Shown here piece by piece: positions 13,881 through 26,356 of a DNA stretch of 64,000 nt. A program made the position numbers and the translations under genes. The number at the start of each line of letters is the position of its first letter. The first letter of the stretch is position 1. Origin of the DNA: the human T2T-CHM13v2.0 reference genome, Homo sapiens. The stretch lies in assembly GCF_009914755.1 (NCBI RefSeq), contig NC_060947.1, one strand, 5' to 3'. The notes under the pieces are model-generated. The model was not told where the DNA came from and ran no database searches. It was given only the letters and a program-made list of their open reading frames with translations.

Positions 13881-14830
13881 GAGATCCACTGCTCTCTTCA
13901 GAGCCAGGAGGCAGGAACGTTTAAGTCTGCTGAAGTTGCACCCACAGCCCCCCCTTTCCCCCAGGTGCTCTGTCCCAGGGAAATGGGAGTTTTGTCTATA
14001 AGCCCCTGACTGGGAATGCTGCCTTTCTTTCAGAGATGCCCTGCCCAGAGAGGAGGAACCTAGAGAGGCAGTCTGGCTACAGTGGTTTTGCTGAGCTGTG
14101 TTGGGCTCCACCCTGTTCAAACCTCCCAGCGGCTTTGTTTACACTGTGAAGGGAAAACCACCTACTCAAGCCTCAGTAATGGTGGAGGCTCCTCCCTCCA
14201 CCAAGCTCGAGCATCCTAGGTTGACTTCAGGCTGCTGTGCTGGCGGTGAGAATTTCAAGCCAGTGGATCTTAGCTTGCTGGGCTCTGTGGGGTGGGATCT
14301 ACTGAGCTAGACCACTTGGCTCCCTGGCTTCAGCCTGTTTCCAGGGGAGTGAATGGTTCTGCCTTTCTGGTATTCCAAGTGTCACTGGGGTATGAAAAAC
14401 AAAACAAAACAAAACAAAAAACCTCCTGCAGCTAGCTCGGTGCCTGCCCAAATGACTGCTTAGTTTTGTGCTTGCAACCCAGGGCCCTGGAGGTGTAGGC
14501 ACCGGAGAGAATCTCCTGGTCTGAGGGTTGTAAAGACTGTGGGAAAAGCATAGTATGTGCGCTGGAATGCACTCTTCCTCATAGCACAGTCCCTCACGGC
14601 TTCCCTTGGCTAGGGAAGGGAGTTCCCCAACCCCTTGTGCTTCCCATGTGAGGCAACACTCCACCCTGCTTCTGCTTGCCCTCCATGGGCTGCACCTACT
14701 GCCTAACCAGTCCCAATTAGATGAGCCAGGTACCTCAGATGAAAATGCAGAAATCAGCCGCCTTCTGCATTGATCTTGCTGGGAGCTGCAGACTGGAGCT
14801 GTTCCTATTTGGCCATCTTGCCAGCCACCC
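13881..14830 (-). mobile_element. L1PA7-like 5'UTR only (bidirectional promoter region)
   Basis: Minus strand begins ggctggcaagatggccaaataggaacagctccagtctgcagctccc; YY1 site CAAGATGGCC at 14820-14811; ends before ORF1 at a gagat microhomology with KIF4. Confidence 0.88.
14179..14310 (+). other. L1 ORF0-like ORF, 43 aa (MVEAPPSTKLEHPRLTSGCCAGG...GSVGWDLLS)
   Basis: Antisense to the L1 5'UTR; gtaATGg Kozak context; resembles the recalled ORF0 N-terminus MAGAPPPASLPPCSLISDCCAS; translation not shown. Confidence 0.55.
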
Positions 14831-15384
14831 AATGAATTATTTTTAAATGTTATGTAAGTAAATAAACCTTAGCCCACCTACAAAAAAAAAAAAGAAAGAA
14901 AGAAACTGTAGTATGTATCACCATGGAATATTACACAGCCATAAAACAGAATGAAATCATGTTTTTTTGCAGAAACGCAGATGTAGTTGGAAGTCATTAT
15001 CCTAAGAAAATTAATGCAGGAAAAGAAAACTGAATTCTACATGTTCTCACGTAAAAGTGGGAGCTAAACATTGAGTAAACGTAGATAAACAGTTGGGAAC
15101 AATAGACACTGGGGACTACTAGATGACAGAGGGATTGGGATGCCTGAGAATTTTTTTAAAAACTACCTACTGGGTACTATGCTCACTATCTGGGTGATGG
15201 GATCATTAATACCCCAAACCTCAGGGTCATGCAATATACTCTTGTAACTAACTTGCACATGTACCCCTTGAACCTAAAATGAAAGTTGAAAAAAAATTGC
15301 TTAGTATCATTTTAATCTCCATAGGATTTATAGTGATGTCTGCTTTTCATTTTAGATATTAGTAATTAGTGTTTTCTGTTTTCC

Positions 15385-15946
15385 TTTTTTTCCCAAATTC
15401 TAAAGTCTTTTTAATCTTCTGATATTTAAACTTTTTCAAGAGTGCCCATTAGTTTTTCTTTTAGGGTAGTTTTGTTTGATATGACTGGAGGTTGTAATTA
15501 ATGGTATGCCAAATTTTCCATTCTTTGCAGAGATAGGTAAAGCACCAAAATTGTCTTAGCTATTTCTTGGTCGCCAGTTTGAGAGACAAACACTGTTATT
15601 TTTAACAGCCCAAACTCCTCTCAGCCCCAATATCCTGACATCTTTAGTGAGTTAGGATAATCCTAACCTAGAGGTATATATGCCTGTGAGATTCCTGGCC
15701 TGAAAGGAATAAATCATTTCACAGCATTCATAGGACAGAAAAATAAAAACTAGGGCTCCTACAGTAAACAAGTATTATTTCTGTTCAAAACCATCCTGCA
15801 AGCCCAAAAATCAGCTGGCCCTAGAGTTTCATAACAGGTACACAGGTCACAGGCAGACAGGCGGGGCAGGAACAGGAATTTCTCTGGGTGCATGCTACTT
15901 TGGTTCTGCCTCAGAGGCACTAGAAGTCTAGGCCCTGCATTAGCAC
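15385..15946 (-). pseudogene. 5'-truncated retrocopy of an mRNA 3'UTR (recalled as EIF4EBP2-like, unverified)
   Basis: Non-repeat block inside an L1M; minus-strand ATTAAA at 15415-15410, 18 nt before an A run (T at 15385-15391); degenerate TSD tctgttttccttt (15375-15387) / tctctttttcttt (15947-15959). Confidence 0.65.
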
Positions 15947-18701
15947 TCTCTTTTTCTTTCTTAATTAGCCTGGCTAGAGGTTTTTCATTTGTATTAATCT
16001 TTTCAAAGAACCACCTTTTGATCTGTTTATTTTCCCTATTGATTTCCTGTTTCTGAATGCATTGATTTTTGCTTTAATTTGTATTATTTCATTTTTTCTG
16101 CTCACTGATAATGTCCCTTGCTCTTAAGTCTGCTCTGCCTGAAATTAATAAAGCCATTCCCACTTTCATTTTTTTAAAACCACCTTATTAAGGTATGATT
16201 GACATATTAAAAGCTTTACACATTTAATATATACATATTTATAAATTGGGACTAGGTGTATACCTGTGTAACGATCACCACCATCAACACTCTAAACATA
16301 TACATCATCTACCAAAGTTTCCGCCTGTCCCGTTTGTTATTAATACCTTTTTTCTTGTTTTTTAATGTTAAGAACATTTAATATAAGATCTATTTCTTTT
16401 AGCAATTTTAAGTGTACAATAGAGTATTGTTAGATATGGTCCCTATGCTATATAGTAGATCTCCAGAACCAATTTATTATGCATAACTGAAATTTTGACC
16501 CTCAAACTATCACCTTTCCATTTCTCCCTTACCTCAGTCTTTAGTAACCACCATTCTATTCTCTGTTTCTGTGAGTTTGACTAATTTACATACCACAAAT
16601 AAGTAAAAGAATACAGTTTTTTTTTCTGTGTCTAGTTTATTTTACTTAACGTAATGCCTTCTAGGTCCATTCATTTTGCAACAAATGACAGAATTTGCTT
16701 CTTTTTTAAGGTCGAATATTATTCATATATATATTATGTCACAATTTCTTATTTATTTGTCCATTGATGGGCATTTACATGTTTCTCATATCTTGGCTAT
16801 TGTAAATAATGCTGCAGTGAACATAGGAGTGCACATACTTCTTTGAAATTGTGGTTTAAATTATTTTGGATATGTACACCCAGAAGTGGGATTGCTAGAT
16901 CATATAGTATTTCTAGTTCTAATTTGTTGAGAAACCTGCATACTGTTTTTGATAATTGATGTATATATTTACATTTTCACCAAGAGTGTACAAGTTTTCT
17001 CCTTTCTCCACACCTGCAGAATAATTTATCCTTTGGCATTTTATAATAGCCATTCAAACAGATGTGAGGTAATACCTTATTGTGGTTTTGATTTGTATTT
17101 CCTGGGTTATTAGTGATATTGAGCAACTATTCATATACTTGGGCATTTGTATGTTTTCTTTGGAAGAATGTCTACTTAGGTCCTTTGCCCATTATTAAAA
17201 TTGGGTGTACTTTAGCTGTTCCACGGTATGAGTTTCTTGGATATTTTGGATATTAACCCCTTATCAGATGCATGGTTTGCAAATATTTTCTCCCATTCCA
17301 TAGGTTGCCTTTTTATTTTGTTGTTTCTTAGCTCTGCAGAAGCTTTTTAGTTTGATGTATTCCCACTTGTTTATTTTTACATCTCTTGCTTTTGCTTTTT
17401 ATGTCATATACGAAAATTATTATCAAAATCACTTTCTAGGAATTTTTCCACTTTTTTTTTCTAGGACTTTTACAGATTCATGCCTTATTGTTGGGTCACG
17501 AATTCATTATGCATTGATTTTGTGTATAGGGAAGATAAGAGTCAAATTTTACCTGCTTTCATGTAGATAACCAGTATTTCCAACACCATTTATTGAAGTG
17601 ACCATTCTTTGCCCACTTGTATTCTTTGCATCCTTGTCAAAAGTTAGCTGACTTTATATGTGAGGATTTATTTCAGGGTTCTTCATTCTGTTCTATTGGT
17701 CTACATGTCTGTTTTATGCCAGTGCCAGTACTGTTTTAATTACTATAAATATGTAATATAATTGAAATCAAGAAGTCTGTTGTATTTACTTTGTTCTACT
17801 TACTCAAAATTGCTTTGCTTACAGGGTCTTTTCTGGTTTCATATAAATTTTTGGATAATTTATTCTATTTCTGTGGAAAAGGTCACTGGAATTTTGATAG
17901 GGATTGACTTGAATCTGTTGATTGCTTTGTGTAGTATGAACATTTTAGCAATTTTACCTCTTCAATTCCATAACATAAAAATATATTTCAATTTATTTGT
18001 GTCTACTTTATTGTCTTTCAATTGTTTTGTAGTTTTCAGTGTACACCTTTTTCATTTTCTTTATTAAATTTATATCTAACTATTTTTATCTTTTTTGATG
18101 ATATTTTAGATGAGATTTTAGGTAAGATTGTTTCCCTATTTTTTTCTGATAAGCTGTTATTATATAGAAATGTAACAGATATGAGATTTTAGATAAGATT
18201 GTTTCCCTATATTTTTTTCTGATAAAGTGTTAGTATATAGAAATGTAACAGATAATTGTAACTGATTATGTGTCCTGAAACATTACTGAGTTGATGTATT
18301 AGTTCTGACACTTTTTTGAGAAGTTTTTAGGGTTTTCAAAATGTAATATCTCATTATATGCAAATAAGACAGTTTTACTTTTTTCCATTCCTATATGTAA
18401 GACTTTTTTTGTTACCTAATTACACTGGCTAGGACTTCTAGTATTATGTTAATTAGAAGTGGTGAAGTGAGAATCCTTGCCTTGTTCGTGATCTTAGAGG
18501 AACAGTCTTCAATTTTTCATATTGTCTGTATTAGCTGCAGGTGGGTAATATATGGCCTTTATTATGTTGAGGTACATTTCTTATATACTTAATTGTTTGA
18601 GAGATTTTACCATGAAAGGATGTTGAGCTCACAAATTTTTTTTCTACATCTATTGAGATGATCTTATGATTTTTATTTTTTATTCTGTTTATGTAGTGTA
18701 T

Positions 18702-19039
18702 TGTTGTGGGACTTCTCCTTAGTTCAGCTAAAGACGGGGTCCTTGTCACAAGGCCACAAAAGATTAGGCTCATAGGCAATTTGAAGGGTGAATAAGGCAG
18801 GGTTTTATTGGGTGAAAAGGGAAGTAAAGGGAAACAGGTACCCTCTGCAAAGGAGAGTCCCTGCTGGTCAGCTTCCTGCCTTGCAGTTTAATCCCAAGTT
18901 CCACACAGGAACAGGAGGGGCGAGGCTTCTCCCCGCTTCAAAGAATGAAAACTTCTGTGTCTCCACCCCAGTGTGCCCTCTTCCCAATGCACAGGCCAGC
19001 CGGAATTTTGTCAGGGAGCTTCCTGACCTGTCTGTCTCA
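18702..19039 (-). mobile_element. ERV1 solo LTR, MER61-like
   Basis: TG...CA ends, 4-bp TSD gtat (18698-18701 / 19040-19043), ttagttcagctaaagacggggtcc terminus, minus-strand AATAAA. Confidence 0.85.
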
Positions 19040-19920
19040 GTATCATATTTATTATTTGCATGTGTTAAACATTCTTGTCTCCAAGGTATAAATTCACTTT
19101 TTCAAGGTATATAATGCTTATAAAGTCCTGCTGAAGTCAGTTTGTAGTATTTTGTTGAGGATTTTCTTATCTATGTACATCAGGAATAGTGGATTGTAAT
19201 TTTCTTCTTATAGTGTCTGCTTTTGGTATCAGGGTAAAGTTGGCCTCATAGAATGAATTTGAAAGGGTTACATCCTCTCAAAGTTTTAGAAGAGTTTTAG
19301 AATTTCAAAAATTCTTAAAGTTTGGATAGAATTCCCCAGTGAATTCATCTAGCTCTAAACTTTTTTGCCAGGAGATTTTTGATAACTGATTTAATCTCCT
19401 TTCATGTTATCTGTCTATTCAGATTTTCTATGTCTTCGTGGTTCAGGCATGCTAGATTTTATGTCTAGGATTCATCCACTTCTAGGTTATCCAATTTGTT
19501 GATATGTAATTGTTCATAGTAGTCTCATGATCCTTCATATTTCTCTGGTATCAGTTGTAATGCTTCCTCTTTCATTTATAAATTTATTTGTTTATATCTC
19601 TTCTCTCCCTTTTTACTCTAGCTAAAATTCTATTGCTTTATCTTTTTAAAAAACAAGTCTTAATTTTGTGAATATTTTCTATTGTTTTTTCTGGTCTTTA
19701 TTTAATTTGCTTGTTTTATCTTTATTATTTCCTTATGCTTACTGTGTGTACTTGTTGCTCTTTTTTTTATTTCCTGGCATTGTAAAGTGATTTTTTTTTA
19801 ATTTCAGATTTTGCTATTTTCTTAATGTAGCCATTTATTACTGAAAACTTCCTGCTGATAACTCCTTTTGCTGCATCCCATAAGCTTGGTATGTTGTATT
19901 TTCATTTTAACTTGTCCCAA

Positions 19921-20566
19921 TGTTACCAGAGAGTGCCTCATAGTTCCAAGCTCTTGGCGTCTCAAACAAACAATTGGATAAGATATACACAGATAGCAAA
20001 GCAAAGCAGCAAAAATTTATTAGGCACAATATTACACTCTCAGAGGGGGAGAACAGACTGACCTCTGTAGATTAGATCAGCCTTAGTTTGGTGTACTTTG
20101 GGTCTTTTTATGTGTTTTCTTTTTCCTCTCTCCCCAAGGGCTGACTAGCCAGTGTCTGCCTTTTTGACTGATAGGTGTGTTGCTTAGTTATTTAACCCCT
20201 GTGTGCTTGCACATTGCCTCCATCCCATAAGTTTAAGTACACGCATGATATGAAGTCCATAGGTGTGAGCTTTAATGAGCTGATTATTACACAGGGTCAT
20301 GCTAAGGATATTTTTAATGCACATGACTATCCCTGAAGAGTTGCCCCTTACTTGTTTGGTCTGGATACTATTGGCCATGGGATCCTTGCTCGCTGCTTTA
20401 TCTTACTTTTTGTTTTGGCTGCTTAACTTCTGCCTCTTACCTTGCTTCTTGCTCACCTGCCCCTTCACCTTGCTTCTGCCCTCTGCTTTTACTTCTTCTG
20501 CCCTTTATCCAACTTTTAATTCCCTTCACTATTCTCCTGCCTCATTTTCCCTATTCTCCTGCTTCA
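19921..20566 (-). mobile_element. ERV1 solo LTR, LTR15-like
   Basis: TG...CA ends, 4-bp TSD ccaa (19917-19920 / 20567-20570), minus strand starts tgaagcaggagaatagg; family name from memory. Confidence 0.75.
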
Positions 20567-21469
20567 CCAAGATATTATTTTATTACACTTGAAATTTTTA
20601 TTTAACTCATTGGTTGTTTGTTAGTATGTTGCTTAATTTACACATATTTGCGAGTTTCCCAGTTTTCCTTTTGTTATTGATTTCTAATTTCATATCATTG
20701 TGGTTAGAAATGATACTTGATATGATTTTAACATTTTTACATTTGTTAGCACTTGTATTGTGGCCTAACATATGGTCTAATCTGGAAAATGTTCCATATA
20801 TACTTGGGAAGGATTTGTATTCTGCTACTGTTGGACAGAAGGGTCTGTATATATCTGTTAGATCCATCATTTTATACTGATGTTCAAATTCTCTGTTTCC
20901 TTATTGATTTACTTTTGAGTGATCTATCCATTATTGAAAGGGGGTATTAAAGTCCCCTACAGTAATTGTATTGCTATGTATTTCTCCCTTCAGTTCTGTT
21001 AATATTTGCTTTATATATTTAGTTGCTCCAATATTGAATGCATTTATAGTTACAATTGTAATATTCTGTTTATGACTTGACCCCTTTATCTTTGTATAAT
21101 GACATTCTTGTTTTCTTCTGACAGTTTTTGACATAAATCTATTTTGTCTTTTATAAATATAGTCACCCCTGCTCTCTTTTGGTTGCAATTTTCATGGGAT
21201 ATTGTATTTTATCCCATCACTTTTAGCCTATGTGTGTCATTAAAGCTAAAGTGAGTTTCTTGTAGACAACACATGGTTGAATCTTGCCTTTGTTTTTCTT
21301 TTATTCATTCAGCCAATGTACATGTATTGATTGGATAATTTAACCAATTTACACTTAAGGTCATTGTTGATACATAGGACTTATTAATACCATTTTGTTA
21401 ATTTTTTACTGACTGTTTTGCAGTGCTTTGTTTCCTTCTTCATCTGCTGTTTTAACTTCTGATTTGTAG

Positions 21470-21798
<329 letters not shown>

Positions 21799-22159
21799 TA
21801 TCTTTTTCTTTTGTGAATCAAATATAGGTATTTTGTTTGTGATTAACATGAGACTTGCATAAAGCATCTTATGGTTATGACGTTCTGTTTTAACCTGATG
21901 GCATGTTAATTTTGTTTACAAAAATTAGTACTTTTGTCACCCTTCCCAATATTTTGTTATTGATGTGGAACTTTCTACCACTTTATTGTTTGTACATTAA
22001 TAACTTATTGTAGCTTTGGCTCTTTTTGATACTTTTGCCTTTTAACTTTTATACTGTTTAAAGTGATTTATATACCACCATTACAGTATTAGAGTAATCT
22101 ACATTTGACTACATACTTACCTTTACCAGCAAGTTTTATATGTTCCTATGTTTTCTGTC

Positions 22160-22245
22160 AATTAATATTTTTAATTTTCATTTTTATTATATTTTATATT
22201 TTAATTTTCAAATTTTAATTCATATGAGTACATAGTGGGTATATA

Positions 22246-22278
<33 letters not shown>

Positions 22279-23542
22279 AGAATATATGGGATATTTTGCT
22301 ACAGGCATACAATGTCTAACAATCACATCAGGGTAAACAAGGTTTCCATTACCTCAAGCATTTATCCTTTGTGTTACAAACAATTCAATTATATACTTTT
22401 AGTTATTTTGAAATGTACAATTGAATTACTGTTGACTCAAATCATCCCATCGTACTATAAAATACTAGATCTTCTTCATTCTTTTCAACTATTTTTGTAC
22501 CATTTAACCATACCTCCTTCCCCATGTCAGCCGCTCCACTACTTTTCTCAGTCTCTGGTAACCAGGAAGTGGCAAAAATGGAACCCTTATATACACTGCT
22601 GATAGGAACATAAATTAGTACAAACACTGTGTAGAACAATTTGGAGATTTCTCAAAAAACTAAAAAGAGAACTACCATATGATTCAGCAGTACCACTGTT
22701 GGGTATATACCCAAAAGAAAAATCGGTATATCAAAGAGATATCTGCACTTCCATGTTTGTTGCAGCACTGTTAACAATAGCCAAGATTTGGAAGCAACTT
22801 AAATGTCCATCAAAAGATAAATTAGTAAAGAAAATGTGGTGCTTACACAAAATGGAGTGCTCTTCATGTGGGATGGTTAATGAGTATAAAAAAAAATTAG
22901 AAAGAATAAATAAGACCTGGTGTTTGATACCACAACAGGGTGACTATAGTCAATAATAAATTAAAGGTATATTTTAAAATAACTGAAGGAGTATAATTGG
23001 ATTGATTGTAACACAAAGAATAAATGCTTGAGGGTATTTATATCCCATTTTCCATGATGTGATTATTATGCACTGCATGCCTGTACCAAAACCTCTCATG
23101 TGCCCACTAAATATATACACCTACTGTGTATCCATAAAAATATAAATATAAATGAACAAATAAATAAAACATTAAAAAATAAAAAAGAGCTACCGTATGA
23201 TCCAGCAATACCACTGTTAGGTATAGACCCAAAAGAAAGGAAATCAGTTTATCAAAGAGATAGCCACACTCCCATGTTTATGGCAGCACTTCTCACAATA
23301 GTCATTTGGAAGCAGCCTAAGTCTCCATCAACAGCTGAATGGATAAAGAAATGTGGTATATATACACAACGGAGTACTATTCAACCATAAAAAAGAATGA
23401 GATCTTGGAGATGATGTCATTTGCAGCAACTTGGATGAAACTGGAGGTCATTATACTAAGTGAAATAGGCCCAGCACGGAAAGATAACATTCACATGTTC
23501 TTATTTATTTGTGGGAGCTAAAAATTAAAGCAATTGAATCCA
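22160..23542. mobile_element. 5'-inverted (twin-primed) L1MA with a second L1MA 3' end nested at 22654-23173
   Basis: Minus-strand 3'UTR 22160-22564 joined to plus-strand upstream L1 sequence 22565-23542; the two pieces are nearly adjacent in L1 coordinates. Confidence 0.7.
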
Positions 23543-24739
23543 TTTTTATTTTAGTTTCAGGGGTTACATGTGTAGGATTGTTAAAAGCATATACTGTTTG
23601 ATGCTGAGGTTTAGGCTTCTACTGATCCTGTTACACAGCTAGTAAGCATAAATAGCATATTTTTCAGCCCTTGCTCCCCTCCTTCTCTTCTTTTGGAGTC
23701 TGCAGTGTCTATTTTCCCCAGGTTTATGCCCATGTGTACCCAAGATTTAGCTCTCACTTATAAATAAGAACATGTAAAATGTGATTTTTTTTTGTTTCTG
23801 TATTTATTTGCTTAGAATAATGGACTCCAGCTACACCCACGTTACTGCAAAAGACATGATGTCATCTGGTTTTATGGCTGCATAGTATTTCGTGGTGTAA
23901 GCAAACCATATTTTATTTATCCAATTCTCTGTTGGTGGGCATCTAAGTTAATCCTATGTCATTGCTATTGTGAATAGTACTGCAATGAACATAGAAGTTA
24001 ATGTGTCTTTTCATTAGAATGATTTTTTTTCCTTTGCATATATACACAGTAATGAGATTGGGGGGATCAATGGTGATTCTATTTTTAGTTCGTTGAGAAA
24101 TATCCCAACTGCTCTCCCTAGTGGCTGAACTAATTTACATTCTCACCAACAGTGTGTAAGTTTTCCCTTTTCTTTGCAGCCTCACCAGCATCTGCTATTT
24201 TTTGAATTTTTAATAATGGCCATTCTGACTAGTGTGAGATAGTATCTCATTGTGGTTTGGATTTGCGTTTCTCCAATGATTAGTGATGTTGAGCATTTTT
24301 ATATATGTGTTGGCTGCTTGTATGTCTTCTTTTGAGAAGTGTCTGTTCATGTCTTTGTGAACTTCTTTCTTTTTTTATTAGAGTTTTTTTTCCTGTTGAT
24401 TTAAGTACCCTACATATTCTGAATATTAGTCCTTTGTTAGATATATAGTTTGCAAATATTTTCTCTCATTCTGTAGGTTGTCTGCTCACTCTGTTCCTTT
24501 GCCGTACAAAAGCTCTTTAGGTTGATTAGGTCTCACTTGTCAATTTTTGTTTTTGTTGGAATTGCTTTTTAGGACTTGGTCATAAATTATTTCCCAAGGC
24601 TGAGGTCCAGAAGAATATTTTCTAGCTCCTCTTCTATGATTTTTATAGCTTGAAGTTTTCTGTTTAAGTCCTTAATTCATCTTGAGTTCATTATTGTATA
24701 TGGTGATATGTAGGGGTCCAGTTTCATTCTTCTGCGTAT
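23543..24739 (-). mobile_element. L1PA16/L1PB4-like 5'-truncated copy
   Basis: ttttattttagtttcaggggttacatgtg 3' end followed by ORF2 C-terminal sequence. Confidence 0.8.
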
Positions 24740-25234
24740 TATATCTTCATATGTTTACATGTTGCTGATTAGCATCACTTTTTTCAACTTGAATATCTCT
24801 CTTTAGATTTTTTTTTTTGTATTGTAGGTCTAGTGGTCTGAATTCCCTCAGCTTCTGTCTTTATTGTTCTTTTATTTCTGAAGGGTAGATTTGCCAGGCA
24901 TAATATTGTTATTTGGGAGGTGTTCCTTTCAGCAATTTGAATATATCATTTCACTTTCTCCTTGTCTGCAAGATTTCTAGTGACAAATAAACTGATAGCC
25001 TTGTGGAGGTTTTTTTGTATGTGACAAGTTGCTTTTCTCTTGCAGCATTCGAGTTCTGTGTTTTATTTTGATAATTCGATTATACTGTTTCTCAGTGAAG
25101 ACCATTTCATGCTCAAACTACTTCAAGTTTGTTGATGTTCATAGACTTGGATATTCTTTCTTCCTTCTGGATTTTGGAAGTTTTGTCATTACTTATTAAG
25201 ATTTCTGTTCCTTTTTTTTCTCTGATCATTCTGA

Positions 25235-25237
<3 letters not shown>

Positions 25238-25270
<33 letters not shown>
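25238..25270. repeat. (TG)n microsatellite
   Basis: About 16 uninterrupted TG units. Confidence 0.97.
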
Positions 25271-25272
<2 letters not shown>

Positions 25273-26356
25273 ATAGTTTCTCTTAAGTTCAGCAGGCTTC
25301 ATTCACACCTTTTTATTCTTTTTGTTGCTGTTGTTCCAGGGACAGTCTGTATTTTCTGGGTTATTTATATTCCTTGAAGATTTGCATTGCTGTCTTCTAT
25401 CTGAATAAGTAGTCACATTCTCCAGTCTTTACTGACTGGCTTTGGGACAGAAGATCCTTCACCAGGAAGCCCTTCTAGGAATTTAGGGGGACTTTCAGAA
25501 ATTTATATACATTTCCTTGCTCCACTTCTCTTGTTCTCTCTTTGGGAAGCAGTCTTGCAATTGTATGCTTTTTCTTGACCCCACAAATCCAGGCCTGGTG
25601 CTGAGAACCTCTATTATACGTTTTCCTATGGCAGTGCCCTGAAGTGTTTGAGGCTGTGGAGCCTTCTCTGAAACCAGCAAAGTTGAGCCAGCTGCTAAGA
25701 TCTGCATCTGTTTTTCAAACTTGTGTGCCTTCTCTGAGAGCTTGTGCATGCTGTTTACAGGGATGTGAAGGGTGCCAACAATGGGTGAAGGGGTGCTGGG
25801 GCATGTGCCAGGTAGTTGGAATGTCTTCAAGTGAGTTGTTCTGTAGGCTTCTTGAGTGGGTATCTTGGTAGAGTCTATGAACCATTTAGCAGAATCACTG
25901 GCTAGCTGTTGAGAAATATGCACTGGTTACTGTGTGCTCCCTCCCTTTCCCTCTGCTTCAAGCTTCCCCTGATGATTTGGCAGTGTCAATCCCATAAGTG
26001 TTCTGGGCTGCATGGGGTGAGACAACAGTAGGCCTCCTGGGCCGCCTCCTACAAGACTGTGAAAGCTGGATGCTCACTTTAATTTTCCTTCCTTCTGTGG
26101 GAGAAATCATAGGCGCAGGGGATCTCTCAGCACCAAATTGTGTTGCCTTTGGATAGGGGTGATGCAAGTAAAGTGAAACTTCTCTTTTTACCTTCTTCAA
26201 TGCATCTACTCTTGGGGATTTTGTCCACTAGAGTGCTGGAACCTCAGCTATACTCCAGGGATTTCACGAAATATTCTTACCTGTGAGTCTTTACCAAAAT
26301 TGTTGTTTCTATGGAAACTCCTATTCCGCTATATTGCTGATGTCACTCCTTACTTT

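Noticed and set aside
13881-13885. KIF4-L1 junction as a splice junction of a chimeric mRNA
   Set aside because: It falls within what I recall as a KIF4A exon and is explained by a 5-bp microhomology
14299-14832. 177-aa minus-strand ORF
   Set aside because: Non-ATG start and simply the GC-rich L1 5'UTR read in sense; no protein family resemblance
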